Notes under the pieces: generated by a model
What the model saw: only the letters and a program-made list of their open reading frames with translations
Told to the model about the DNA's origin: nothing
The model's database searches: none
Position numbers and translations under genes: made by a program
In this document: positions 1-10,153 of the stretch, piece by piece
How the letters are laid out: each line of letters begins with the position of its first letter
Numbering within the stretch: position 1 is the stretch's first letter
Assembly: GCA_030141605.1 (NCBI GenBank)
Contig: JAQGDQ010001993.1
Coordinates: 1 to 18,436 of the forward strand
DNA length: 18,436 nucleotides
Direction of reading: 5' to 3'
Source: Tubiluchus corallicola
Taxonomy: Eukaryota; Animalia; Priapulida

Positions 1-476
1 ATCCACAGGCCCTTCCAGTGGCCTCGATAATGTGCTGGGTTTTGGTCGCACTACAACCATCCACAGGCCCTACCAGTGGCCTGGATAATGTGCTGGGTTT
101 TGGTCACACTACAACCATCCACAGGCTCTTCCAGTGGCCTGGATAATGTGCTGGGTTTTGGTCACACTACAACCATCCACAGGCCCTTCTAGAGGCCTGG
201 ACAATGTGCTGGGTTTTGGTCACACTACAACCATCCACAGGCCCTTCCAGTGGCCTCGATAATGTGCTGGGTTTTGGACACACTACAACCATCCACAGGC
301 CCTTCTAGTGGCCTGGATAATGTGCTGGGTTTTGGTCACACTACAACCATCCACAGGCCCTTCCAGTGGCCTGGATAATGTGCTGGGTTTTGGTCACTCT
401 ACAACCATCCACAGGCCCTTCCAGTGGCCTCGATAATGTGCTGGGTTTTGGTCACACTACAACCATCCATAGGCCC
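1..476. repeat. 58 bp tandem minisatellite, 8 full copies plus a partial, probably truncated by the window start
   Basis: Unit ATCCACAGGCCCTTCCAGTGGCCTGGATAATGTGCTGGGTTTTGGTCACACTACAACC starts at 1, 59, 117, 175, 233, 291, 349, 407 and 465, with only a few substitutions per copy. Confidence 0.97.
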
Positions 477-632
477 ATCCCACAGACTAGTTGTTGGATA
501 CCAGCTTGCGTTGAGTCCAACTGTATCAGAAGTTTCAACTAGTTTAAAAAATTAATAATCACAGGCAAGTAATTTTTATATGCAGATGACCTGTAAACAA
601 AAAACAACTCTGTTTTTTATGATCCTTACAAA

Positions 633-921
633 GTGTTCAGACAAGCAAGTTTTCTGTCACGAGTTTTCTCACTGACAGCAAACTTGCAAGTGTAAACTGC
701 ATTTCGAGTTACTGTTAGCAAGTTATTGCAAACTCTCCACAGTTACTGTAAGTTGATTTCCTGGGAATGACGGTCTAGTGTGCCTGCATGAGTTACTCTA
801 GACATTTCTTGCTTACTGTCAGAGAGTAACTCACAGCAAGTTTTGCTTTCTAGTCTGAACACGCCTGCTAGATACTGGTCAAATTTATACATGGCTAGAA
901 AACTCATTAGTCTGAACGCGC
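633..921. mobile_element. Degenerate foldback/MITE-like element
   Basis: GTGTTCAGAC (633-642) and its exact reverse complement GTCTGAACAC (853-862). Inner imperfect inverted arms at about 661-681 and 813-832. A second end copy TAGTCTGAACGCGC lies at about 908-921. No clear TSD. Confidence 0.5.
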
Positions 922-1519
922 TGTTACTCTAAATGCTCAGAAAGCAGCAACGGAAAATGTTGCAACTTTTGCAACAATTCAGTATCAATATTGTAGTACG
1001 AAACGCAAGGACAATTGATGCCCCAGTAGAAAAAAGCAGAGCAATCAAGAAAGACTTGTTAGACCATCGATACAACGACAAGAATATCCGGCATCAACAT
1101 CCTAGTGTCACTTTAACAAAGCGTCGCACAAGCAAACCTCCCGTTTGATAATTGGCGCTTCCTAATGGACAGGTAGGAGTACAAAAGAGCAATTATTCTC
1201 AACGTTTTGAGTCAAATTGCGGATGCTCGTTAGGTGAAACGTGAGAAAGAAACAAGTGATTAGATTCTTCAGCATCTAGTGTGAATGTCCCTGTCTATTT
1301 CATTATTCGCTATACAGAATCCGGATAATGGACAAGCAACTGCGTTTTTAATCGATTCAAATGCGGGCATTAATAGAAAAATAAAAATATATGAATTCAA
1401 CATACTTTTGACTTACTTTTGTGTTATTACTCTAACGTCCACTTTTCACTCGACTCTCATTTTGTCTCACTAATCACGTTTTCAGTGTTTGTCCTGGACT
1501 TGTGTCTGGCTTCATTGCG

Positions 1520-1755
1520 CCAGGTCACGTGGTGTAGAGTTGTCTTCTGGAATGTAGCTATCTCGCTTTGGTCATATCGACTCTCTGTCTGGCTTCTGAT
1601 TGGTTGTTGGACTTTTCTTCTTTGCCTGACTGAAGCAAGGCGGGACGTAAGCTAGCGAGGTTGCAGTTTCATCCAAGTTTTAAAGTAATTTCTGCAGTTG
1701 ATAGAAGAGAGTCTGGCTGATTTGGTGAACACGCGATTTTGATCTAAAGGTAACA
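1520..1755 (+). promoter_or_regulatory. Possible Pol II promoter and non-coding first exon
   Basis: Motif cluster: GGTCACGTGG E-box (~1523), CTGATTGG reverse CCAAT box (~1596), GGCGGGA E2F-like site (~1639), then a donor-like AAG|GTAACA at 1749/1750. Motif-level evidence only. Confidence 0.3.
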
Positions 1756-3181
1756 AGTATAAAATTGTTGTTATGAGTAGGCGCAGCGTTAAATTGGACG
1801 TGATGGTTCAAAATTATGCGTTTTAGGAGGAATAAAAAACGAAACAATTAATTTTTGAAAATCTTTTAAAATTCTTATTCGTAATTACTGAATTTAGGTG
1901 AAATTTCATGCCAGAGCTCTGTGTGATTTTGTATGAAATTGGGCTTTATTTGATACTTAATAACGATAGGTTCTGCAAATCTCACCTAACCAAAAACATT
2001 TTACACATGTTCACACTCCGCAAACACTCTCATTCATGGTTGTAGTGGTACCGGGATCTAGCTAATTATCAAGAATAATTATCTAAGATAAGATACTGAA
2101 TCAACGGGTTGCAGTATGGCAGATGAAACTGCCCAGGAAGCATTTTGGTGCAAACCCATCCATTTACTGTCAAGGCCTAATGTTGGTTAACTTTGATTAC
2201 TAATCGTATGATGTGACAACTTGGCTATTCAATAAGAACTAAAATTCTTACATTAACATTAAGTGAAAATGATTCTTTGCGCTTTTATGATGAGTTTTTT
2301 AAGGCACTGTTTTTATTTTTTGCTAGAAAATCTTTAAAGTAATCTTTGTGGTTAGAATTATTTTCTGGAGTTTCGTGAAATTGCAGAAACTTATTGGTGT
2401 TTTGCTTTTGCTTTTCTTTGAACATATAAATTACAGTTTCTTTGGTTTTCTTTTTTGTTCAGGGAGGGTGATCGTATACTTACCATCTTTATGAAATTGA
2501 ATTTTTTGCATGTTCACATGTACTTTTTACTAGAGAGTACATTTTTAACCGTTTACGTAGAAGCATATACATCAGTGTTGAAAATGTAGGCCATATTCAA
2601 AAATCAAAGTTAAAGTTTTTGTTGTTTAGCACATTGCTGCTTATTATTAATTAGGCTGTGGCTGCTATAGAACATCTTTGACAATAAGTTCACAGTAATA
2701 TGGTACCCTTGTTCTAACTGATAAACTGATATTGATGACATTACATTGACACAGCGTTACATTGAATTTTATGACTAGAGAAAAGCAGCTACTACTTAAA
2801 TTTATGAGCACAAACTGCTATTTGATTGTGACATACTGCTAGTGTGAGGTTCGCCTGCCCTTGGCATTAATGCTAAAGGTGGAATTTTAAATCAGAAAAT
2901 GAAGTATAAATCATAAGAAATGACTTAATGAACTTGTTTAATGTTGTAATGTGTTCAGCTGAAATTATTTCTTCGAAGGAAAGTACATCGTGTTTGTGTT
3001 ACAGGATGATGGCGGTGACGATAATGATAATGATGATGATTACATGAATGTTGAAAACATTACCACTATGATGTCACACATGGTCACCAACTGTGACCAA
3101 GTCACTACCATCAGCACCAGGACCAACTACAACAACCCAAACTAAATTACAAAAGTTTTAGAATGAAAGATTATGGATTAA

Positions 3182-3622
3182 AGGAAGACAGGATGATTTT
3201 TCAATGCTAGCCAATTTTCAAGTCCGATAAAAAGTATACATTTTAACACAATTAATACTGCAAAAGCGTTTCTGGTAATTAAATAATAGATTAAAAACTT
3301 AATTAACGGCAGGCGAGCCCAACTATTACTGACATCACAAACTAACATAATTTTCAACATCAAAAATATTCCACGAGCGTGTTGCACGTGTTTATGAAAG
3401 CGAAAATTAAAGTACAGTGTTACTATAAGATATTCAGTGTGTTGTACTAAAACTCGACAAGTATTAAGATAAAATTTCGAATTTCAAATTTACTGCTGTG
3501 CTCACGTATGAGCTGTCAAACGTGTGTAGTTCGTCACAAACTAACACATCTTAACTGAGAGGTACAGCACCTGTTTTTTGTGGAATGCCTTCCGAAATGC
3601 AAGCGCTAGTGCCCGTCTGACT
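3182..3622 (+). mobile_element. Kolobok/T2-like non-autonomous DNA transposon end, family A, copy 1
   Basis: Begins TTAA|AGGAAGACAGGATGATTTTT (TTAA at 3178-3181). TTAA followed by AGGRR is characteristic of Kolobok/T2 MITE termini. Homologous to 6102-6461 (inverted), 7126-7373 (direct) and 8929-9000. Confidence 0.7.
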
Positions 3623-3758
3623 TTGAATATCCCAGGTAATTATTATTTAATCTAAGCTTTGATTTAAAATAAGCTGCTGTAGTTTCAATATTTTAGAGCA
3701 TTCTTTGAACTAATGTTTACACAATCGTCCAGCTATTTTTTAAAAATCGCTTTTATTT

Positions 3759-4132
3759 CTCTACCATTACAGGTCAAACAAATCAAGTCCCTATTAGCAT
3801 TTAAAACAAAATTAAAATCACTAATATTAACCAGATATGAAATACCATCACACCAGCACGACAACATACACACTAATTCAGAATTCATATATCCACGGCC
3901 ATATTAATTAAATCATAGTTTTTTTCATTTTTTGTGCATAGTTGTAAATATGTTTGATTTTATTCGTCGTTACTTTCCATTACTGCACAGTAGTTTAGAT
4001 TGCACTGACGCATTTGCCTTTAGCAGTGTAAGTTTTTATTAACTAACACTGATTGATCATCTCTGTAAAGTTTTTATCAGTGATTATCAATGTATTTTAA
4101 TGGCAAATAATGATTATTATATATATATATAC
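3759..4132 (+). mobile_element. Short element derived from a CR1/L2-type LINE 3' end, copy 1
   Basis: Reads SLPLQVKQIKSLLAFKTKLKSLIL, matching the (WN)SLP...SL..FK..LK C-terminal motif of CR1/L2-group ORF2. This is followed by a 3' UTR and an (AT)n tail. Near-identical to 13494-13852. Possible TSD TTATTT at 3753-3758 and 4138-4143. Confidence 0.8.
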
Positions 4133-4654
4133 AACGCTTATTTATATATATATTATATTTATACGTACCAGAATCACGCTACGGCTAAACTTGTCTGTTG
4201 TCCAAGCCATTGTAAGCATTGTGTCGTTGTGTGAATGCACAAAAAAATCAAATAATCTTTCTACATTTTCATCACACGGACACAGCAATAAATTAAAAGA
4301 CTCGTTTGTCATTGTGCAAAAGCTAAGAATGCGTTTCTGTCACAGTGAAATTGCTAAAAATGCAGCACGCGCCCGGCGAATATTAAATTCCACAGAGAAA
4401 AGATATTAAAAGCGCAAGATTAATGTACTGTATAATACAGTATGGTAAGATGGTTACCAGGTAATTGAATTTTTTGCATACCGTGCATACCAGGTCTTTG
4501 TTTGCTACAAACGGTCTGGTCGAACGCTTTACAAGTACAGTGTAATTAACTTCCTACTGGAAGTATCTTTATTGTTTTATTTAGACATAATGGGCTGAGA
4601 AAGAATCACTAGACTGCGTGTAATAGATCTTAAGTCGCATTAGCGTTTAATAAA

Positions 4655-5135
4655 CGGAAGTGGTGCTGACAAGCCACTGGCGTAGGAGTGTCTAGTTTTT
4701 GGGCTAGATTACTGCTTACCTGTCTGAAGGCAGATTTGTTTTATTTTAGAATTCTGCCTGCCCAATGTCTACAATAGACGTGACGGGCGTATGATGATGA
4801 TGATGATGATGATGATTTGAAACGGAAGTGGTGCTGACAAGCCACTGGCGTAGCAGTGTCTAGTTTTTTGCTGGATTACTGCTGCGTTTACCTGTCTGAA
4901 GGCAGATTTCTTTTATTTTAGAATTCTGCCTGCCCAATGTCTACAATAGACGTGACGGGCGTATGATGATGATGATGATGATGATGATTTGATCCGGAAG
5001 TGGTGCTGACAAGCCACTGCCGTAGCAGTGTCTAGTTTTTTTGCTGGATTACTGATGCGTTTACCTGTCTGAAGGCAGATTTCTTTTATTTTAGAATTCT
5101 GCCTGCCCAATGTCTACAATAGGCGTGACAACCGT

Positions 5136-5184
<49 letters not shown>

Positions 5185-5196
5185 CGACGACGACGA
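4655..5196 (+). mobile_element. Head-to-tail trimer of a ~170 bp (GAT)n-tailed retroposon-like unit with one 11 bp TSD
   Basis: Units start CGGAAGTGGTGCTGACAAGCCACTG at 4655, 4823 and 4995, and each ends in (GAT)n. CGTTTAATAAA flanks the whole array at 4644-4654 and 5197-5207. Confidence 0.8.
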
Positions 5197-5929
5197 CGTT
5201 TAATAAAGAATAATTTGCAAAAACAGTTGCTTGTCAGTTCAGTGTTTGACAAAAAGGTTAGACCGTGTTCACATTTGTACCTTTCATAGTTTCTACGATG
5301 TATAACTGTACCTTATGCTCTGTTCACACTTACACATTCTACAAGACTGCGAAGTATAATTCACATTTAAACGTTTTACAAGTTGTCAGGCGCTGTAAAG
5401 ATAACTTTATTTTCTTCGTTTTATTCACCGTTTACGGATTTTACGCCAAAGTTAAGTTCAGTTCACATTTACAGGTATTACAAGCGTTTAAGGCCTGTCC
5501 ACACTTGCATATTTCACACTATATTCTGTTCATAGTTACACGATTTCTAACAATGTCAGGTCTTCGTTGCGCTTATATATTTCATAAAAGGTTAGACCTT
5601 ATTCACACTTTTACTTCAACGTTTAGGTTTTGTTCACATGTGCATATAAATTCACACGCGTCTAGATCATTTCAATGCAGTTGCGCGATAGTTCTTTAGT
5701 TACAAGAAGGTCCACATTGATGAGATTACATCTCAGTTATGTTGTGCTTATCGTCAAACTTAATTTTTGTGCGGCTTGGTCAAATCAATACATGTTGCAG
5801 TTTGCGTGTAATCACTTTTCCGGAAACTGGACAATTTTACCTGAATGCTATCCGCATTGTTACGCTGTACTGAATGCATTGCCAAATCTTGCAAGTGTAG
5901 ACGTAGTGCGAGCTTTAGAAGATGCGCGA

Positions 5930-6461
5930 ATTTTTATCTTAAATTCAGATATGTTAGTTTGTGACGAACTACACACGTTCGACAGCTCTCTGCGCGAGCA
6001 CTGCAGTAAATTTGAAATTGGAACTTTTATCTTAAAACTTACCTAGTTTTAGTTTAACACTATGGATATCTTGCAGTAGTATTGTTCTTAATTTTTCTCT
6101 TTACCTCTCAATGCAGATGTGTTAGTTTGTGACGAACTGCACACGTTTGACAGCTCATTCCTGGGCACAGAAGTAAATTTGAAATTTGAATTTTACTCTT
6201 GCCTAATTTTAGTACAACACACTGAATATCTTACAGTACTTCAATTTTCGCTTTCACAAACACGCTCATGGAATATTTATGCTGTTGAAAATTATGTTAG
6301 TTTGTGATGTCATCAATACTTGGGCTCGCCCGCCGTTAATTGAGTTTTTAATCTATTATTTAATTATCAGAAACGCTTTTGCAGTATTAATTGTATTAAA
6401 ATGTATATTTCTTATCGTAGTTGAAGATGGGGTAGTATACGAAAAATCATCCTGTCTTCCT
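5930..6461 (-). mobile_element. Kolobok/T2-like family A end in inverted orientation, with an internal partial tandem duplication
   Basis: 6102-6461 is the diverged reverse complement of 3182-3565 and ends ATCATCCTGTCTTCCT|TTAA (TTAA at 6462-6465). About 5946-6075 duplicates about 6115-6240. Confidence 0.75.
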
Positions 6462-6880
6462 TTAAAGTCATTTTGTAAGATTGTCACCGCTAGTTGAAAA
6501 TATCTGGAGTCTTCCTTGCGTTCGTCTCACATTTACATGCATAATTTACGTTATTATAACCGAAAATTTCATATTAAAATTCATTCAGGCGTCTAATTTG
6601 TGCTCTGACTGGAATAATCTTTGTCGAAGAGATCAAAGTTTAAGCCGTGAAACAAGTAATTGCTTTTGAAACAATACGGCTACGCGTGCGATCATGCATG
6701 CGACTGAGCGTTTGTGCATGTGACGCGCGCGAAATTTGCCGCCTGTTGTCAATTTACCTTTTTTGAGGGTTTATGAAAGGCCTAAAATTTAGTTTATTGA
6801 TTTTACCCGAGCTAGATTCTTTAAGAGATTTATCTATCTGTCTGTTTGTCATTCTGTGTGTCTCCCAATCCAGCAATTTG

Positions 6881-7010
6881 CTTTCTTTCCCTCTTTCTTT
6901 CCCTCACTCTCTTCTTTCTCTCACCCTCTCTCCCTGACTCCCTCTCTATTTCCCGGTATCTCTCTCCCCGCTTTCTCTCTCTCTCTAACCATCTCTCTCT
7001 CTCTCTCTCT

Positions 7011-7057
<47 letters not shown>

Positions 7058-7117
7058 CTCTTTCTCTCACCCTCTTTCTCCCTGACTCCCTCTCTCTCTC
7101 CCCCTCCCTCTCTTCCT
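6881..7117. repeat. CT-rich compound microsatellite: (CT)n and (CTCTCA)n with duplicated flanks
   Basis: Pure (CT)n at about 6992-7015 and (CACTCT)n at about 7015-7056. Similar TTTCTCTCACCCTCT..CCCTGACTCCCTCTCT blocks occur on both sides. Confidence 0.95.
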
Positions 7118-7125
7118 CAACCCAC

Positions 7126-7922
7126 ATTCCATGGGTGTGTTGCACATGTTAACAAAAGCAAAAGTACAGTGCTACTGTAAGACATTCAATATATTGTACT
7201 AAAACTAGGCAAGCTTTAAGATAAAAATTTAATTTTCAAATTTACCGCTGTGCTCACGCATGAGCTCTTAAACGTGTGCATTACGTCACAAATGAACAGG
7301 TGTGAGCTGGGAGGTACAACACCTGTTTTTGTGCAGGGAGTGTCCGAAATGTAGGCGCTAGTGCCCGTCTAACTAACAAATAGCAAAATGCATGTAACAC
7401 CGAAGAACTAGTGGTGTGAACGTGAAATTGTGTTGGTGTGGTAATAATTCTTTCACGTAAATGATTTTTGAAGAAAAACAGTATATTTCCTTTCAATATT
7501 TTAAGAAGTAGATTATTTTGTCGTCAGTTTAAGATTAGCTCAAGTTTTACTTTAACAAGTGAACATCTTTCTAAGTAACACTTGGCAACATAGTTCACGT
7601 AAATTAGCTTGTTAAACAAAATTCCAGAGGTAAGTAATCTCTATAATTTTTTCTCTAAATTTCCCGCCACCAAATTTTTGCTATTTAATCACACCAACCA
7701 ACCACGCTCCATTCATTAGAGATTATCTCCCTCTTTCCTCGTCTAACAAGAGAGTCGGAAGCTGCATTTTTCAGGCGCGAGCATCTCTTAATCTGTGCCT
7801 CTCGCTAGTCAAGTGCCAAGTCTTTCATCACATAAGTCATTTTTTAAAAATAGCGTTACCTTTCGATATTTTAAAGCGTAGATTGTTTTGACCTACAGCT
7901 TAGGATTGGATCCTGTTTTGCT
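7126..7922 (+). mobile_element. Third, 5'-truncated family A copy with a probable right terminus
   Basis: 7126-7373 aligns by eye to 3368-3622. The region ends ATCCTGTTTTGCT|TTAA (7923-7926), whose reverse complement AGCAAAACAGGAT resembles AGGAAGACAGGAT. 7488-7555 is a diverged direct copy of 7859-7926 and also ends in CTTTAA. Confidence 0.5.
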
Positions 7923-8169
7923 TTAAGCTGTTTGCTGTTTCATCATGATACAGACACAAACTCCACTATCAACGTACCCCCAGTCTGAACAAAAAATCAC
8001 AAAAGTCGTGAATTTAGCACGAATCATTAGACTGAGAGAAGTGTTCCTGATCTACGCGGTGAAGAGCCAGAATCAGCAAGGCGAGTGTCAAACACAGACG
8101 TTACATTATTGTCGTACCAAATACGTGGCATTAAATTGATAACGTTTCACCGACAGAAAGAAATGTGAA

Positions 8170-8220
8170 AAGTCATTGAGCACGAGTCTAAAAGACCCTG
8201 GTTCAAATCTCACTAGACTT
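8170..8220 (+). repeat. Possible degenerate tRNA-derived SINE head
   Basis: B-box-like GGTTCAAATCTC at 8200-8211. No convincing A box or cloverleaf. Confidence 0.25.
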
Positions 8221-8296
8221 CCAAGACTTTGTGGGCTTCGTGTATGTTGTAGTAACAGCACTAGGTAAATAAGCGTCTACATTTGCTCGAAGTTAA

Positions 8297-8804
8297 AGGA
8301 AAAAACAAGTCACTCAGTATGTTGGGTTTATTTTACTGTTATCACTTAGAAAAATACAAGAAATAAATTTGCAAAGAACTGCCTATAAAGCATAAATTTA
8401 AAATATACTACCTTTGAATAGAAATTTTCAGGCGTGGGTGGTTATGACGTAACTGACGGACTTCGTGACGTTTCGTAAGCGCATCGTGGCTTTCTGTAAA
8501 CGCGCGCTGCTTAAACTAATTCAAACTTCAGCAGCTTACCTAATGTTCACGCAAAAATATTACAAAATTAGCTATCTAATTATTTTGTAAAAACTTATTA
8601 TACTTTTGATGAAGATTGACAGTGCGCTACTTTTCTTCAGGACAAATGACGTCATTGGAAGAAAATGGGCGTGGAAAATGGGAGCGTCCAAAGTGATTTT
8701 ACTAATTACACGAGGCGCTTATTGCAGTTTAGTTACTAAATCCTTCTAACATTTTTCGCGAACATTGAAATAAGCTTAACTTTCTAGAAAGCTTGACTTT
8801 TCCT
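8297..8804. mobile_element. Complete 508 bp Kolobok/T2-like MITE, family B
   Basis: TTAA (8293-8296)|AGGAAAAAACAAG ... CTTGACTTTTCCT|TTAA (8805-8808). The 13 bp TIRs have 2 mismatches, TTAA is present on both sides, and there is no ORF. Confidence 0.75.
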
Positions 8805-8928
8805 TTAACTAATTTGAATGCCCGTATAACCAGGCTTCATATAATGCAGGGTGGATGGATAGTTTCAATTCAGTTTTGTTCGTAGAAAATTTTCAGGTAA
8901 CGTAGGTCGTATGAACCAGGTTTTTTAA

Positions 8929-9071
8929 AAGAAGACAGGATGATTTTTTTATATCACATCCCCCATTTTGAAGTACAGTAAATGGTATACTTTATAACAC
9001 TTATAATAATATGAAGTGATTTTACTAATCACACGAGACGCTTATTACAGTCGTATTACTAAATCCTTCTA
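8929..9071 (+). mobile_element. Chimeric Kolobok-like fragment: family A terminus joined to family B internal sequence
   Basis: TTAA|AAGAAGACAGGATGATTTTT matches the 3182 terminus. 9014-9071 is a diverged copy of 8691-8747. Confidence 0.6.
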
Positions 9072-9072
9072 G

Positions 9073-10153
9073 TAATATAATATAATATAATATAATATAA
9101 TATAATATAATATAATATAATATAATGTAATGTAATGTAATGTAATGTAATGTAATGTAATGTAATGTAATGTAATGTAGTGTAGTATAGTATAGTATAG
9201 TATAGTATAGTATAGTATAGTATAGTATAGTATAGTATAGTATAGTATAGTATAGCATAGCATAGCATAGCATAGCATAGCATAGCATAGCATAGCATAG
9301 CATAACATAACATAACATAACATAACATAACATAACATAACATAACATAACATAACATAACATAACATAGCATAAGATAGCATAACATAACACGACACGA
9401 CATGACATGACATGACATAACATAACATAACATAACATAACATAACATAACATAACATAACATAACATAACATAACATAACATAACATAACATAACATAA
9501 CATAACATAACATAACATAACATAACACAACACAACATAACATAACACAACACAACATAACACAACACAACACAAAACAACATAACATTACATGACATGA
9601 CATGACATTACATTACATAACATAACATAACATAACATAACATAACATAACATAACATAACATAACATAACATAACATAACATAACATAACATAACATAA
9701 CATAACATAACATAACATAACATAACATAACATAACATAACACAACACAACACAACACAACACAGCACAGCACAACACAACACAACACAACACCACACCA
9801 CACCACACCACACCACACCACATCACATCACATCACATCACGTAACATAACATAACCTATAACATAACATAACATAACATAACCTATAATATAACATATA
9901 ACATAACATAACATAACATAACATAACATAACATAACATAACATAACATAACATAACATAACGTAACGTAACGTAACATAACATTACATTACATTACATA
10001 ACATTACATAACATAACATTACATTACATAACATAACATTACATTACATTACATTACATTACATTACATTACATAACATAACATTACATTACATTACATT
10101 ACATTACATTACATTACATAACATAACATTACATTACATTACATTACATAACA
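9073..10153. repeat. Compound pentanucleotide microsatellite, about 1.08 kb
   Basis: Successive blocks of TAATA, TAATG, TAGTG, TAGTA, TAGCA and TAACA (dominant), with CGACA/TGACA, CAACA, CAGCA, CACCA, CATCA, TAACG and TTACA variants. Confidence 0.99.

Noticed and set aside
9-58. HDV-like ribozyme in the 58 bp unit (GCC-CTTCCAGT-GGC resembles P3/L3)
   Set aside because: I could not build P1, P2 and P4 in the required nested double-pseudoknot order.
1-476. CRISPR-like array (also considered for 11059-11591 and 15911-17289)
   Set aside because: The units are contiguous with no unique spacers, there are no cas genes, and the context is eukaryotic.
4655-5196. Hammerhead retrozyme or tRNA-SINE identity for the trimer
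   Set aside because: No CTGANGA...GAAA core is shared by the units (CTGAAGG only; one isolated CTGATGC). TGGCGTAG is A-box-like but no B box follows.
3178-6497. Similar short ORFs at 3178-3387(-), 5675-6046, 6119-6307 and 6279-6497 as a peptide family
   Set aside because: The similarity comes from non-coding transposon-end copies. Indels between copies break the frames and no transposase motif is visible.
6846-7152. Ser/Leu/His-rich ORFs
   Set aside because: Artefacts of the CT microsatellite.
8170-8230. Functional tRNA gene
   Set aside because: Only a T-loop/B-box-like motif is present; acceptor and D stems cannot be formed.
9025-9826. Six overlapping minus-strand ORFs rich in MLCYV repeats
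   Set aside because: They are translations of the pentanucleotide microsatellite and are open in all three frames because the repeat lacks stops on that strand.
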